64,000 bases of DNA from assembly GCA_964247055.1 (NCBI GenBank), contig OZ176055.1, forward strand, positions 5,270,001 through 5,334,000, in the 5' to 3' direction. The notes beneath the pieces are model-generated. The model saw only the letters and a program-made list of their open reading frames with translations. It made no database searches and was not told the origin of the DNA. Shown here piece after piece: positions 35,303 through 50,009 of the stretch. Made by a program: the position numbers and the translations under genes. Within the stretch, counting starts at the first letter, position 1; each line of letters starts with the position of its first letter. The stretch is from Paragordius varius. Its lineage: Eukaryota > Animalia > Nematomorpha.

Positions 35303-38300
35303 CTAAAATATAATATCTGCTCCAAGGCGTTCGATTTCCTCAACTACAAAATTTAAATCATCTTTGGTTACAGCTGGATTTGATATGATGAGTCGGAAAA
35401 AATTGACTTTGTCTAAAAGGGGCTGATATCCTATCATTAGAGTGCCCTGTTCCATCATTTTGCGTTTGATTATTGGCGCTACCTTTATGTAATAAATGAA
35501 TATTAAACCAAAACAACATTAAAAAGAATTATAAAACCAATTCTAAAAGTTTGAAGCAGTTATGGGTCATTATTTTCCCAAAAATATATTAAGGTGATGC
35601 GCCCGTGACGAGTGTTGTCGAATTAATATCAAATTATAAATTTTAATAAAGCAATACAGTGTTATCACAGTCGTTATTTGGAGTTCAAACAAACATATAT
35701 TAAGACAAACAAAAGACAAAATCCCTTCAAAAACTACATTTTTAGTTGTGATTTTGATCAGATAGAATTTGAAATTTACACATAAAAACCAGTTAAAATT
35801 CAAGCATCAATGGTGTTTATCTCAGTTATTTTTATTGACAATCTAAACAACTGTTGTCAAAGTATTGTTACGCCATCAATGGAAAATCGGTTTTGTAGAT
35901 AATTGATAAATAAAAATAGTCCAATAACAATTTATAAAAGTAATATACCCTTTCAAGTAAAATATTGCGTTCTTGATTATCGGCCATATTTCTTATGCTG
36001 GGAGGTAAATACCAAAAGCAAACATTGGTACATTCAGGCTAAAAAATAATTAAATCATATAAATTAATTTTAAATGGTAAACTTTTATAATTTTATGATC
36101 TTAACCATCAATGTTAACTATAAAATTATTCAAACTTCTATGAAATCACTTAATTGCCTTATGAAAAAAAAAGATATTTATAACCCAGTTCATCCTCATA
36201 TTTTTATTTTATAATATTGGGCTGTAAGATTTAATTTATAGAGGGAGCCTTTAATTGCGAAAATTCTTGAAATTTAGAACCGTTGATGCTATATCCATTG
36301 TAACCTCTGATTATTTGGTTTATACTCATAATTCAAAATTATATCTCAACATTCTTGATTTTTACAATTTTATTATATATTTTAAAACGAATAATGTAAA
36401 AAATTCGATTTCGATGTACTTCCTTAAAGCAAATTCTGCGGAAAAGTTTCTTTTCATAAAACAAAACAAGGATTTAGTTTTCTTCAGAGCACCGAGTTTG
36501 TTTTTAGCAATAATTTTTTGTAAAAGTCATCGAATTAAATTACATTGCCAGACTAATTTTTATCTTTACGATTTAAGAATGATGTCTACCCTAACATATT
36601 CGAATTTCAATTGAGACTGCCTACATATGGGAAACAGTTAAACAATAATTAAATTTTTTTCCAATACACATAAAGAGTAAATAAGTAATTAAGTTTTACT
36701 TCGACTAATAATATGTATCCCTCACGATTGCGAATAACATCGGTAAAATATCTAAAAATATGAATGATATATTATAATATGTAATTTTAAATTCAAATGA
36801 GGAGATATAAATTTGTCAATATTCAAATTGTGCCATTAAAAAGATTTTAAGATCTTATGATTTTACGATCCGTTATATATTCAATCGAACTAAATACTCT
36901 GGGAATTGCGATTGGTTAGCTTAAAAATCTAGTTTGCATTTTTCATTTTATGGTAAATTGACTTATTCTCAAAAAATATTATTGTGTTTTTATTCAAATA
37001 CTTTTAATTTTAATTTGTCCAATCGATGAGACATATAATATATGTGCATCATGATATTACATTAATGAATTGATAACTAATATTGGTATATACTTGGTCA
37101 TATCCCACAAATAATCCATTTGAAGTTCAAAGCCGATCATACCCTTAAATAAAATAAAAATTTAATTATATATATAATTTGACGAATAATAGTTTATAGG
37201 TGACCTAGTCATTATGTTTTTAAGCAGATTAACTAATGTGAAGGAGCCGGTTCAAAATACACTTTTTAAATTTTTAAAGTAAAAGCATATAAAATACAAA
37301 AATGGCTCAAAATTTTTCATATCAACTTTTGAGATATAGGATAATTGAGCCCATATAGTAGTCACTTAAGCCGGCTCATTTACCAAAATGCCATCAAGGC
37401 TCATTCATTTGGTTCATAATTTATAGATAATATGCACAATTTTTATACATATGAAAAATAAATTTATAAGCAAACTTTGGCTTTCCACATTAACCAAAGT
37501 TTAAAAACGTCCACATGCCTTCCACATTGAATCGATTTATCTCCCGTGTCGTAATTTACATCATATGGTTTATCACGTTGAAACAAGTAATCGGCCGACA
37601 TCTGATTGCATTCATAGAGTAAGCCCTTTATAATATCAACAAAAAAAATTACCACAATTTTATCGATGTGTTATGGTAAATATACAGACAAAACTTAAAA
37701 CTAAAAGGCAAATATTTTTTGAAAAGACAACCACACTTTTTTAAATCTCGATTTTTTCATAATCTAATTAATTGCGATTTTGGAAAACATAGTTGATCGC
37801 AAGATTAAAATATGTAGTTGTCCTTTTTAAAAAATATTTTGTCTTTTAGTTTTTTTTTTCGTTTTGTTCTTAAATTTAATTTACTGTTATTATATGTAGA
37901 ATTTACTTTATGCCTGATAAGGAAAACAGAACATTGTAGTAAGACGCCCATTAGTTTGTGTGGATTCCAAGTTATAGAATCTGCCCTAATATCAAGTACA
38001 TCTTTTTTTACACAGGTTTCAACTAAATAAACCGTTCCTCTCATCATCATTCTTATCAAATCAACATAGGATTTGAATATTTTTCGTACTTTTAACGAGT
38101 TAAAAAAATTTAAATTTTGAACATTCTAATGATTTAACTGAGCTGCTACCTAAAATACAAACAGCATGCCGATTTTAAAGTTTCTAACATTCATTTTATC
38201 CAGTTAAAAATAATATTTCCCTTTCTTATTTTATCTGATTTTAAGGTAAACAACATACATCGGCCTGAAGGTTTGCGCACAAAAATAAGTCATATGGCTG

Positions 38301-41300
38301 ATTAATTCTAAGAAATAAAAAATTTCGATGATGCCTTTATTTCCAAAAAATCAATAATTATTTTCGAAAATTAATTAGATGTTTGAAACTGTTGCAAAAA
38401 TCTATATAAATTACTGATCTATCCCCTGCAATAAATGTTTGTGTTTATTGGATAACAGGGCTCCTCCTCCCCATGATGCCTAAAATAAATTGTTTTAATA
38501 AAAACGATTCTCTATAATTAAAAATATAAAATAAATTAAACCGAACAAAACTCATTATAAGGAAAAATTACGTCAACATGAAACCATATGCCATATTTTC
38601 GGCAAACCGTGCCTATCGGTTCAAGAGAATCAAAAGCCCCATACACAGTTGTCCCAGAAGTTGCATTTACCAGAAATGGTCGATTACCACTCTTGAGTTG
38701 ATGTATTATGTGGTATTCCAAATCACTTACCAACATGCGCCCGCTAAATATTTAGAGTTAAAATCAAATGAGTTTAGTTCTATAACTTTTTCTTTTTGGT
38801 TAGTTATTGAACATTAAATGTTTTTGGCGAATTCAACAAATTTATAAAAAAATTTAACGCTATGATATATGAAAATACGATGCGATAATCTATAAATATA
38901 GATTTTTGGGGAATTATATATCAAAAATTAGATTAGATGTTACAAATGAATGAAATGTAACATGAAATTACATTTTATCCGTGAGGTAAATATTTTTACC
39001 AATTAGTGCATTATTTAATTACAGAATATATAATTTATGAAAATGCTATTACAAATATATAATCTTGAAAAATACTTACTTTGAATCGCATTTAACCGTA
39101 ACTACATTATCGGTCCCGATTCCAGACACCGCAGCCGCTCCTTTGATTGAATAATGGCTCTGACAGTATATATGTTTCATAATTTTATATTGGTAAAAAC
39201 AATTGAAATCAAACATGACTCTTAATGGTAATTTAAATCAAGAATCGTATAATATAAAGTTTTAAGAATATAAGTCAATCTAAAAATCTTGAATATAATA
39301 ATTTACAAATGAATTTGGGCACAATTTTTTAGGTAATTTTTATATATTCCCTTCAAGTACAGTATGGGTAAAAATAGGCAAGTATTTCATTAAATATTGC
39401 CATATAAAATTTACAGTGAAAAGCAACATTATTGGCTTATTGGTGTACAGAAAATTTTTTCACATAATTACTAAATTTGATTTCGTATTTATTAAAGGAA
39501 CAGGGAAGTCATTTATCAAAAAAGAATGGGATCTAAACATCTACAAAGTGGTGTGGGATATCACAAAAAACTTACAGACCCCTTTAAATTCAGACCGAAC
39601 AGTTCTACATTTCCTTCGTTCCTTTTAAGTTATGCTTTGAAAAAATGTATTATAAATTTAAAATATTAAAAGAAACGAAATACATGTTCCGAAGTAAAAA
39701 CGATTAATCTTCTGTCAAATGCGTAATTTCCTTTTTGTTTTGAATTCGGTTGAGTCCAATATCGTGCGCACAGTATTGCATACAAATTTGAAATGGTCCC
39801 ACCTTATAAAACATAACAATGTATATAGCAAAGCTGTAAAATTCGATTAATTTGGCAAAGCATTCTCAATATTGATTTATTAATTATGCAAAATATTTTA
39901 ATTCAGTTTAAAATTTAAACCATTTTAAATATCTCTGCATTTTAAAAAATTCCAATAATTATATTCGTGTAAATTGAACGCGCAATTTTTTCACACCGTC
40001 ATTTACAAGTTTGATACAATTTAAGTTCTTACTAAATGGGAAAAAAGACACTATAAACTGATTATTATTAAATATACAGATTTTTTATGCTTCGGTTCTA
40101 ATATTTTTTTATAATTTATCTGAAAAATAAATCAGATATGATTCCTGTTCAGTCCCAAGGTTATATAATTCTGCCTTTAATCACGTTTAATTATTTTCTT
40201 TTTGGGTATTGAATTTCGCTACGCAATACAATAATTTTGGTAAGATCGAAAGCAAGCAATTCCTAATAAGAATTTTTAAAATGCATACCTGGACAAAAAA
40301 TACCATCAGCGTGCAAGAATCCCACAATATCACACATTTTATAGATCAAAAATTGTTCCATTAAAACATACACTGGCGATATTTCGTAGGTAAACCTTTA
40401 AAAAGAAAGTTTATGAAAGTTAATTAATCTTTAAGTTACAGTAAATTTGACTGAATGCGATTGTTAAACTATTTTTTAAAATTCAATTCTGCAAAAAAGC
40501 TGTGTTGAAAGTATTTATTCGCACGAGGAGCAGATTCTATAATAAAGATGTGTTATTTTTCCTATTATCGTATTTAACATTGTTTGACTTTTTAAAATTT
40601 AGTTTTTTTATGGTAGGTGTTAAAATTTTTAGTACTTAACCTTCATGACCTTTTGGGGTAGTTATCCCAGAGTGAGAAATTTAAATATCTTATTTAAGAT
40701 ATCAGACCGAATGTTAAAATAAGCTTTCCATAGCCTTTTAGGCGCATAATATAATTTTTTTTAAAAAAAAATATAAAATTGTGAAAAATCATCTCAAATT
40801 TTTTCGCCATTTTTTTATTAAATTTTTTTAAAATCGCTAATACAATAAGCAAATAAATGTATATTATGGTTAAAAGGCCTAAATAATTAACTTTAGTAAG
40901 CTAAGTTGCATTTTACCAACAAAAACTGGATATTTATTGATTTAAAATCAGCTGTTAAATCAATCGTGTTTTGAGGCTGTCCCGATTTTAGATTCTAAAA
41001 GTTACAAAACTAAAAAATATACAAGCTTTTTTAAAAACAGGAGAATGATGTTTGACAATTAAATTTTAATAAAATATTTTCAAAACATTATTTTATTTAC
41101 GAGATTGAGCTCTGGGATATTAAACTTCCCCAATATGTCCAACAAAAAATGAAAAGGTCATGAAGTGTCAATATTACTTTAAAAAAAAGTAGTGGGGTTT
41201 TTGTAGCCATATTTTTAACAATAAAACATTTTGTTTACAATTTAGTAAGTATATAAATTAGTTTACATGTTAGAGTTTGTAACTGCTGTAAGAATTTCTC

Positions 41301-44300
41301 CGGCCAAACTTATAATATCCAACCCAGTTGAAAGCTGATTAAAAAATCTTGGATGTCCTGTAAAAAATTATTTTAGCATGATTTATATTCATATTAAATA
41401 AAATAAATAAGTCGATTAAAATTGCTAATTTTATATTAATTTTTTTCATAATGTAAACAAATCAATAGGGTTCTACCAAATATCTGAAAATATAAAATTT
41501 ATCCTGTAAAGTTCTCTGGAATATAATGTTGTTTCCTTTAATAAATCAAAATATAACCCTATCAATAACTGGACTTATATTTTGTTTCATCGTTTAATAC
41601 GTCTTAATATACCATTTACAGTTCAAATTCACCCTTAAACAATTCAAATTCACCCTTAAACAATTCAAATTCACCCTTGAACAATTCAAATTCACCCTCG
41701 AACAATTCAAATTCACCCTCAAATAAATAATATGTATTTTAAAATTAAAAATTACCTATATTATAATATATTTTTAAAAAATAAAATTTTGTTTTAAATT
41801 AAAATAATACTGAAAAAAATAATTAATTATGCCATAAAGATATATTTTATATTAATAATGAGTTATATTAGTTCGAAAACACATAATTTATTTTTAGGGT
41901 GAATTTGAATTGTTCGAGGGTGAATTTGAATTGTTCAAGGGTGAATTTGAATTGTTTGAGGGTGAATTTGAATTGTTCAAAGGTGAATTTGAATTGTAAA
42001 TGGTATATCAACATTGCAGTATTATTAGTTATCTAAGTATATGAATTGGCTAAAAGGGGATTTAATCTACATTTGTATTGCCATGCAGGAGATTTTACAT
42101 TTTTATTTGTTACATTTGAAAATTACAGTAGGCCAAATACAAGGATTTTAATAATTTATATATGTCAACACAGACATGTAAATTGTCTCCTCTTTTAACC
42201 AATTAAATACCGCTATTGCCAATAATAGCCCCCGTTACTGTATTCGATCGACTCCTTTTATGTTCATGATTCATCTTACCATTAGTCGTTTCCCTTACCA
42301 TACTACTTATTCGTTAGATAAAAATACACATTTATTAACTAAACTTTGTGAAAATGGATATTTTATATTCATAGTTTACTCAACTAATTAACTCAAAGAA
42401 ATTAACATTAATTTAGACAGTATCATCCATCATATTTATTCAAATTCTCTTAAAGTATAATATTTATCCTGTTCTCAAATTTCCCTAAAGAATTTATATT
42501 TTCAAACATTTACCCAGACATCATAAACAATTAATAAACATTGAAGCCTTTATAAACCTTTTTAACCGTATTTTGTAAAAGATTTAAATTTTTTGACTTA
42601 GCGATAACGTATCGGAAAGTTTATTGATTTTTAAAAGGAATCCGCGATAGATAAAATTTACCTGATTCTTTAGTAGCGGGATGATACTATTATAAAAATC
42701 TATATTGTCCAGGAGTTTAACGAAACCATCTTTAAAACTGAAAATATTTTTAAAGAATAGATTTTGAAAAAAGTCAAGGAGTTGTTATAGCTAACCAAAA
42801 TTATTATAGGCCATTTATTTCAGATCTATTTTATAATGTAAGTTGTGATAGAATTTATATCTGAAAAACTATTCGCAAATTGTCGATGGATTCTAATTAA
42901 ACAGTATGCATTTTAATGGTTGCTTTACTATAGTCGGGCAATTCGTAACATAGTTAAATGTTTAATCAACATTATGTTGTTTTTTCCATACCTCTGTTGC
43001 ACATTGTCCTACTATAATGTGAAATAAGCAACCATTAAAATGCGTTAAACAAGTACAAAAACAAGCTATTGATACTTAATAATAATATATTGATTTTAAA
43101 ATAAAGGGAGCCTAGTATAAATGCCATATAATGCTCTAAAAAATTGATATAAACCTGTTTTAACTTGGTATCGCAAAACTTGTCTTGCTAAAAATAATAT
43201 TTCATTAAGATCTTTGTAATACATATTGGGATCATCCATATTGTCTTTATCAATCTTTGAATCTTTGGGATCATTGTCAATATTATTGTTTGTGTTGCAT
43301 TGATCGCATTTTTCTTGTTTTTTTAAGGAATCACGTTTCAAGTCATCTGTCGTCATGTTGTTTAAAGCCCATTCCACCTCGTCTAGCAACGGGTCCGAAA
43401 TATTAAAATCTATGAGGCGTAACATTTCCTCGGGTTTTTTAAATTCAATAATCAAGGATGTCCTATCATTTTCAAACCAAACGTAATCCAGAACCATGTC
43501 AAATATATGCCGTAAAAAGGATTCAGTTATTCTCGTGTTATGAGGGTTTAAAAAGTTCCGAAATGATTCGAAATTGTTATTACCCCTTTGAACATTAGTC
43601 CCCAATAAATCGGTTCTAGTTGAATATGGAAGCAGATCTGTACATTAATTAAATATAAGAATAAATGTATAAATATCCTTAAAAAAATCACAGCTTATTC
43701 CAAAAAATATATGAAGAGATTCATTTAGATAGGCATAAATGAGGATAAAATACCAAAGATCAATTAAAATTATATTTTAAATACCGATCTTGATTATGAA
43801 ACATTCCATATTGGCTTGCGGTATTCAGTTTTCCAGTTTTATATAATTTTAACAAAAATTAAATAATTTTTTTCCATTAAAATCCAGTGTAGTTTTATTA
43901 TTCAAATACGAATAATTGCCAATTCTATGTGCATTCTCTAGCTCTTACTCGTGTTATAATAAAAATATTAAGAAATTTGAAACTATAAAAATCCCCATTC
44001 ATACTTTTTGGGATTTTATCTTAAATATCAAAAACTGGATAAAAATATATTATTGATAAATGTCCAAAATTTTAATTCAAACGTAAGTTTCTTTCAAATT
44101 TATATTTATAAAAAACACAATTTATGTTTAACATGAATTTGAAGATAAATGAATAATTAATCAAAATTTAGAGGTGATAGAAATGTTCAGCATTTTTAGA
44201 GTGTTTATAATATCTTAAAGCGTTTTTATATGGTTTTCATCATGCCTCAAAATAGAATACGCATCAAAAAATATTTGCTGAAAATTAAATTTCTTAAAAG

Positions 44301-47300
44301 AAGTATGCATTAATGATATCAAATTCAAATATTTAAACTTTCTATCTACAATCTCGGCATTTTTCGTTTATTTTATAAAAACTAGCCCATTTGAGAAGAG
44401 CAAAATAATTTGGGACCTTCGGAGCTTACATCTGAAAATTATTTTTGAAATATTGTTGTTGTATGTAGTTTATGATAATTTTAGTGATATTTGTGGAATG
44501 AAGCATCTATTCACCAAAAAATTTTATTTAAAAAATATAAGCAAATTTCGCCATTTTCTGATATAAAAAGTTTAAATTTATTTAAATTACTCGTAAGGGT
44601 TAAAAGGAAAAGCACCTTGATCCCGATACATTTTCCTATGAGTATAAATATTTCATCGGGATATTTTTTTGTGGTTTGCAATTTATTTAAGATAAATTAA
44701 TATTTAAAATTGTCCAAAATGGTAATCAAAAGTTGGAATGTTTCCTTATTTTGCTATAAACCAACAATAGTTATATATAGCCATATGTGATATATTTTAC
44801 ATCAATAACAGTTATTTCTATTTCTTATAAATTAAATAATTTTATTAATATATTTTCTATATTGTGCAATATTAAAATTATTGGTTAAGGCTATTATTGA
44901 TTGAATTTATATACGGTCGGTTTCCACCACTTGTGAATGGATATATTTATTTATGGAATTAACTATAATTGGAATTGTCATATGAATTTTTTAAACCTAG
45001 GTCATTACCTTTATTAAACTAATATGTGGTTCTATATAGAGGAAAAATTTACAACTAATGGCATAATTAACGCAGCCATTAAAAACTCAGTTACTAATGA
45101 ATGATTTAAAAAGTAATTTTATTTTAAGTAAATATGATTTTTTACTTTTTTAAATTATAAATAAGTCACGATATTGTTGTTTGTAAAAGTTGGTGGTTCA
45201 CTACTGTTAGATAAATAATCTTAAAAAGATTCTGTTAAAATTGTTCGATTGTGGAAAAATAACAGACTAACTCGAAAATCACGCGATGAATAAAATCTGC
45301 CACCAATAACTGTCATAATTTAGATATTGTTGCAAAATTAAATGTTTTACAGTAATAGTATCTAAATCAAAAGTTAAATTCAGTTGTATCATGCGTATCC
45401 GCGTATTTTATAGAGTATATATCACGTCATCTTCAAAATCTATTTGGATTTTGAAGTTTTAAAGCACTATCAAAATTCAATGTATTTATTTTAGTTGCAA
45501 AGGTCAAAAAATATAATAAAATATTTTATTATAAGATTAAAAAAGTTTTTTAAATGCTAAAGGTCCACTGTTTACATTTAATCCCGATCATAATAAAATG
45601 GGAAAGTAATTTTTAATGCGATTTAAACGTCATATGAGCGAAGTGAATGCAAATAATAAAGGGCTAACATCTGAATTAATAAATTAATAATTATATTATA
45701 TTTTTTTTAAAAACTATAACATAATGATTGAATTTTTTAAGTTTTACAAAAATGTGACTCAATATGGTCATACCCTTTACTACATATGTAAAAAGCGAGA
45801 TATAACAAAAATCTCCGAAGCCCAGAAGGTGCATAACTGAAATCTGTGTAGTGAAGAATGAGATAATGAACAGACACAATTAAGGTCAGTGACTATTTAT
45901 TTTTTGACCATGGTCATTTAAAAAAACAGCTGCTTTTTGAAAAATTGGTATTTTTTTTTGGGAGAAAATAGTAAGTTATTTTTTAATATATTTTAAAAAA
46001 AATATATACTATTTAAATTTGCTTATTCAACAATTTAAAATTGTTAAACATGCATCCTTAAAACATTAGCATTTAAGCCTATCCAGTTATTTCGAAAAAG
46101 AAAACAATCCAACTTTTTATAAAATATTCAATTATCCATATATGTGAACTAATAAAATGAAAAAACATCTTATAAATGGATATTTCAATGATCAAAGAAA
46201 GTGTAAAACAAACAGGAAAAATTTTATTTGAAATATCCAGTATTAAAAGCGAGGTATAAGATTCAGAAGGCGACAAACATTGGCAAAATTTATTTGAAAT
46301 AAAATTCTTGACTAAATTTGTATGATATTTGTAAATAAATATCAAAAACATGTATAATACAAACTTTTTAAAAAACATGACATTATTAGTGACACGCAAA
46401 TGTCGTTCGAACCTTAATTTCACAATCCAATATCGCAAGGTATTTACTTAGTTAAAGTGATCATGACCGTGGTCAAGACCATGACCATGGTCTGACCGGG
46501 TCTGACCGGACTTTTTTGAAAAAGCAGTCAAATGCACAACCCTAGACACAATAGACAATTTTTAACCAAAGACAATTATAAATATAATCAATTGTCAGCA
46601 GAAATATGAGAAAAAAGTAAAAGGGAGAAAATTTAATTACAAGTAACACAGTTAACAATAATATTGATAAACAAAGACACATGGAAAATTTAGAAGTTTA
46701 TTTCCTAGAAGTCTTTTATGATATAAGGACAATGGGTAAACCAATTATATTTTATTATCAAAAACGGCGTTGGATGCTTAGTAATAAAAAGTGTGTTAAG
46801 ATTTGGTTGCAACTTAAGTTATAATAAATAATAATGATCAATTACCATATTTAACATAAAAAGGTAATATTATTTGGAAGCACATCCTAAGCCAAAAGAT
46901 GTAATAAAATGGTATCTGTCTAATCAAAAAATGAGTTATATTATCACATTTATGGTTGGTCAATTGGCCGAACAGTAGTGTATGGAAAAAAGCAACTGAA
47001 TTTTTAAATACAATTTTTTATTAATTATGGACGAAATTTGTTTTATAACACACGCTACTGTATTGCAAATCGACCAACAAATGGGAATAAGCCAGCATAA
47101 ATGTGTCTGAAATACAGCAAAATTATATTTTACAAAAAATATAATCATCGCTTTAGGAGTGTATGTATATTTTGTTTGTGATTGCTTCCATGATATAATT
47201 TTTAAATTATCAATGAAAAAACAGTATTAAATAAATTACCTATAAAACAAATTAGCAACTATGGAATTATTAAATATTGGATATATTTTGGATTGTGAAT

Positions 47301-47779
47301 GAAAGGTTAGGAAATTTATTCGATTTTTATGTTTATTTATCAAATAAACTATTACCCGTGAAATATGCATTTTTGAGTTCCGAGTTTATGCAAGATATCT
47401 CAGTTTGTTGCCTATTCAATATGGATGTAATAGTAACTCGCCTTTGAAGTTGTCTAAATGTTGTTTTATTCGGGAAAGAGGGTCTAGGGTTCGACTTCAT
47501 ATTTTTCTCGGAAATTTCAGAGGGGGGTGCTGATTCCCTAGGTTTAACATCACACTCGGGTATTAAAGAGTTTGTCGATATAATTTTTTGTGGTTTGATC
47601 AAAGAAGATGGTTTGTCCAACTCCTTCAATGGCTTTTGTATATCCTTTTCACAATCTTTAGAATGATCCACTTTAAGGGCAAGGCTCTGAGAGTCGGTAG
47701 ACATCAATTTTAAAGACTCATTGCTATCCAGCAATTTTTTAGATTTATTTAATGTATTAATATTACTTTGGCCTGACAT
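35303..47779 (-). CDS. GAD: Glutamate decarboxylase (PLP-dependent group II), 14 exons, 713 aa: 47779-47356, 43637-43155, 41357-41267, 40395-40289, 39802-39684, 39159-39080, 38743-38572, 38479-38415, 37985-37907, 37625-37476, 37143-37094, 36751-36700, 36038-35949, 35482-35303
   Basis: [71 protein letters not shown] (PLP Lys), [27 protein letters not shown]; NQLS and GRHVD favour GAD over CSAD/GADL1; 2142 nt in frame. Attachment of exon 1 is less certain than the rest. Confidence 0.93.
37675..37888. mobile_element. Tc1/mariner-like MITE copy (GAD intron 9)
   Basis: Arms TATACAGACAAAAC...GACAACCACAC / GTAGTTGTC...GTTTTGTTC. Confidence 0.6.
40640..41167. mobile_element. TTAA-flanked (piggyBac-like) MITE, ~530 bp (GAD intron 3)
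   Basis: TTAA-CCTTCATGACCTTTT ... AAAAGGTCATGAAGTG-TCAA. Confidence 0.65.
41608..42007. mobile_element. Foldback MITE with arms built of tandem 21-bp units (ACAATTCAAATTCACCCTTAA), ~5 units per arm
   Basis: TATACCATTTACAGTTCAAATTCACC / GGTGAATTTGAATTGTAAATGGTATA; units directly adjacent, no spacers. Confidence 0.88.
45880..46544. mobile_element. hAT-like non-autonomous element with TGACC subterminal repeats, right end retained
   Basis: Ends GCACAACCCTA, the reverse complement of TAGGGTTGTGC at 60676; ~350 bp colinear with 60715-61090. Confidence 0.72.
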
Positions 47780-48031
47780 AAAATCAAAAATATATTGATG
47801 AAATTAAAAAAAAATTGGAAATGAAAGACACTTAAAAACTAGTAATATAATTTAGAAGAAATGGCAATATAACGTTCGCTTTTAAATGACAAAAATTAAT
47901 TTGCACTTACAGATCACAAATTAATTTGGTAATTTATTAATTGAATGCCACTTCAAAATAACTGTAATTGTAGTTTTGGCAAAGTAATATTTTTAAGCAT
48001 TAAATGACTTTCTATCTATTATATTAATTAA

Positions 48032-48072
<41 letters not shown>

Positions 48073-49356
48073 TAGATAATTCCAATTTCATAATATTTAA
48101 AAAAAACTTTTGCTCTAAAGTGTCCTGTGAAATCATATATTATTTTGAAATATTCGTTAAATTTTGTTTTATTTATCAAATTTTATAAATAAATTATGGT
48201 CGGAATGTTTAACTGCTTTTGGCCTTTTTTCAAATCACCGTTATACAAACAAAATTACAAAATTTATGACAAACTTTTACAATAAAAAAATTCATTACTT
48301 TTAGTGTTTTAGTTTTATATAAATGACCTATCAAAGTGTAGCAATTTATTTCCACAACATAAATAAAACAAGATATTAAATATATAAAAACTTGTATTGA
48401 AGTAATTAAATAAAGAGGTTATGGTTAACTAGTTTTTACCTCATATTGTTTCAAAATAAAAATATGTTCAATTTTTGAATAAAATTAGATGTCCATCTAC
48501 CAGTGCTGACAATTCTTCTTATGCTTATAGTCATGTCAGGGGGTTATTAAGTCGATGTTGATTTAAAATATTTTTAGATATTTTCTTGTTGCGCTATTAC
48601 ATACAATTCTAATAAACATTTGGGAGCAACACGATATGATTTGGATTTCGTCTTCGTAAAAGCCCACATTTTTTCTGTTTTTAACTCCATACGTTTGATA
48701 GATTTTTAATATTTTTATATAATCGTAACGTTCTAAGATATATTTTTTTACAAAAAATGAGAAACTGTTATTTTATTTTAATAAAATAACGACATATATT
48801 TTATCTATTGGAATAACGTCTAACGATTATTAGACATTAATATACCATTTAATTATTACAACAAGTGTATTCCACCTGAGTGTAACTCAAATGTTTCAAA
48901 ATAGAATCCGTCTATTTTCGCCTTTAGATGTTCCAGGAAGAAAAATGTGAGTATAGTCGTCTGTTGTGTTAAAACATCTATTTGTAAGTGGCAACTCGTT
49001 TCCTTGATCAAAAATCAAAAATTGTGTCCCGCTCTGGTTTCGCTCATCCATATCTTCTGTGAACACTGTTCAATCCCGTCATAAAAAATATCTCTTGTTT
49101 GTTTCATACCAATCTATAAAGCTTTGCTTAAAACTTTGCAAATTATATGATGAAGGGGTTAAGAGCATAAGTAAATTGGATTGTTTGGATGTAAAAGCTG
49201 TAAGTACTTATTTATTCTTACTTTCTTTTTTAGACATGTTTCTGTTCTCAACCAATATTTTGAGTTTTTGAGATGTTTTACCCAAGAAATGTGGTTTCAA
49301 TCTTGCTATTTCTTTTTAATAAGACAGTGTCCACATAAATATATGTTGATAATATA

Positions 49357-49393
<37 letters not shown>

Positions 49394-49885
49394 TAATATG
49401 AAAACCTATCGGGACTAATAAAGTGCTTACGAGTGACAAAAGAAAGTGCTCCATATCAGAAAATGACAAAATTTGAGCACAAAAAATATAAATTTAAATG
49501 AGAAAAATTGATTTAATTATCAGATAATAAATGCCAACTGGAATACATTCTCTAGAAATAACGTATACATATACTGAGGAACTGAAATTGAAACCATATC
49601 ACTAACAAAACACAGCCTAATCAAAGTTAAAAATGCTTTAAAAAATCGTATTTAACAAAATAAATCTCTAATAATATGATAATATGCATGCATCTTGGAT
49701 AAATAATTTATATTGGTTATACTTTATAGAGTGTTAATTACTATATTACCATTAATATAAATATAGCACATAGCATGACTTTCTTCTCCCTTTAAAAAAC
49801 AATATTAACCAAATATTTTTTATTTAACATACATGTCGTATGTGTATAACATATCATTAAATCATCCTTAGAAGTCACCCATTTT

Positions 49886-49976
49886 CGACGCAACTAAGTC
49901 GCTGTTACTAACACATCATTGACTGATGTATGGAACGACGTGGGTCTGCTTAACTCTTTTCTTGATACACCTTGAT
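49886..49976 (+). repeat. Degenerate second copy of the SINE/LINE-3'-end-like element at 52939-53070
   Basis: Shares GACGCAACTAA, TGTATGGAA, GTGGGTCTGCT and TTTTCTTGATACACCTTGAT. Confidence 0.7.
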
Positions 49977-50009
49977 TTGTTTAATAAAATTTGTGTAGTA
50001 AATAAATGC

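Noticed and set aside
41620-42000. 21-bp repeat arrays resembling a CRISPR array
   Set aside because: Units are contiguous with no unique spacers, occur as inverted arms of a MITE, and the DNA is eukaryotic
48900-49340. Intron-like 34-nt GTAAGT...TTTTAG at 49200-49233 and flanking ORFs
   Set aside because: No frame gives a convincing protein; may be lncRNA, LINE remnant or chance
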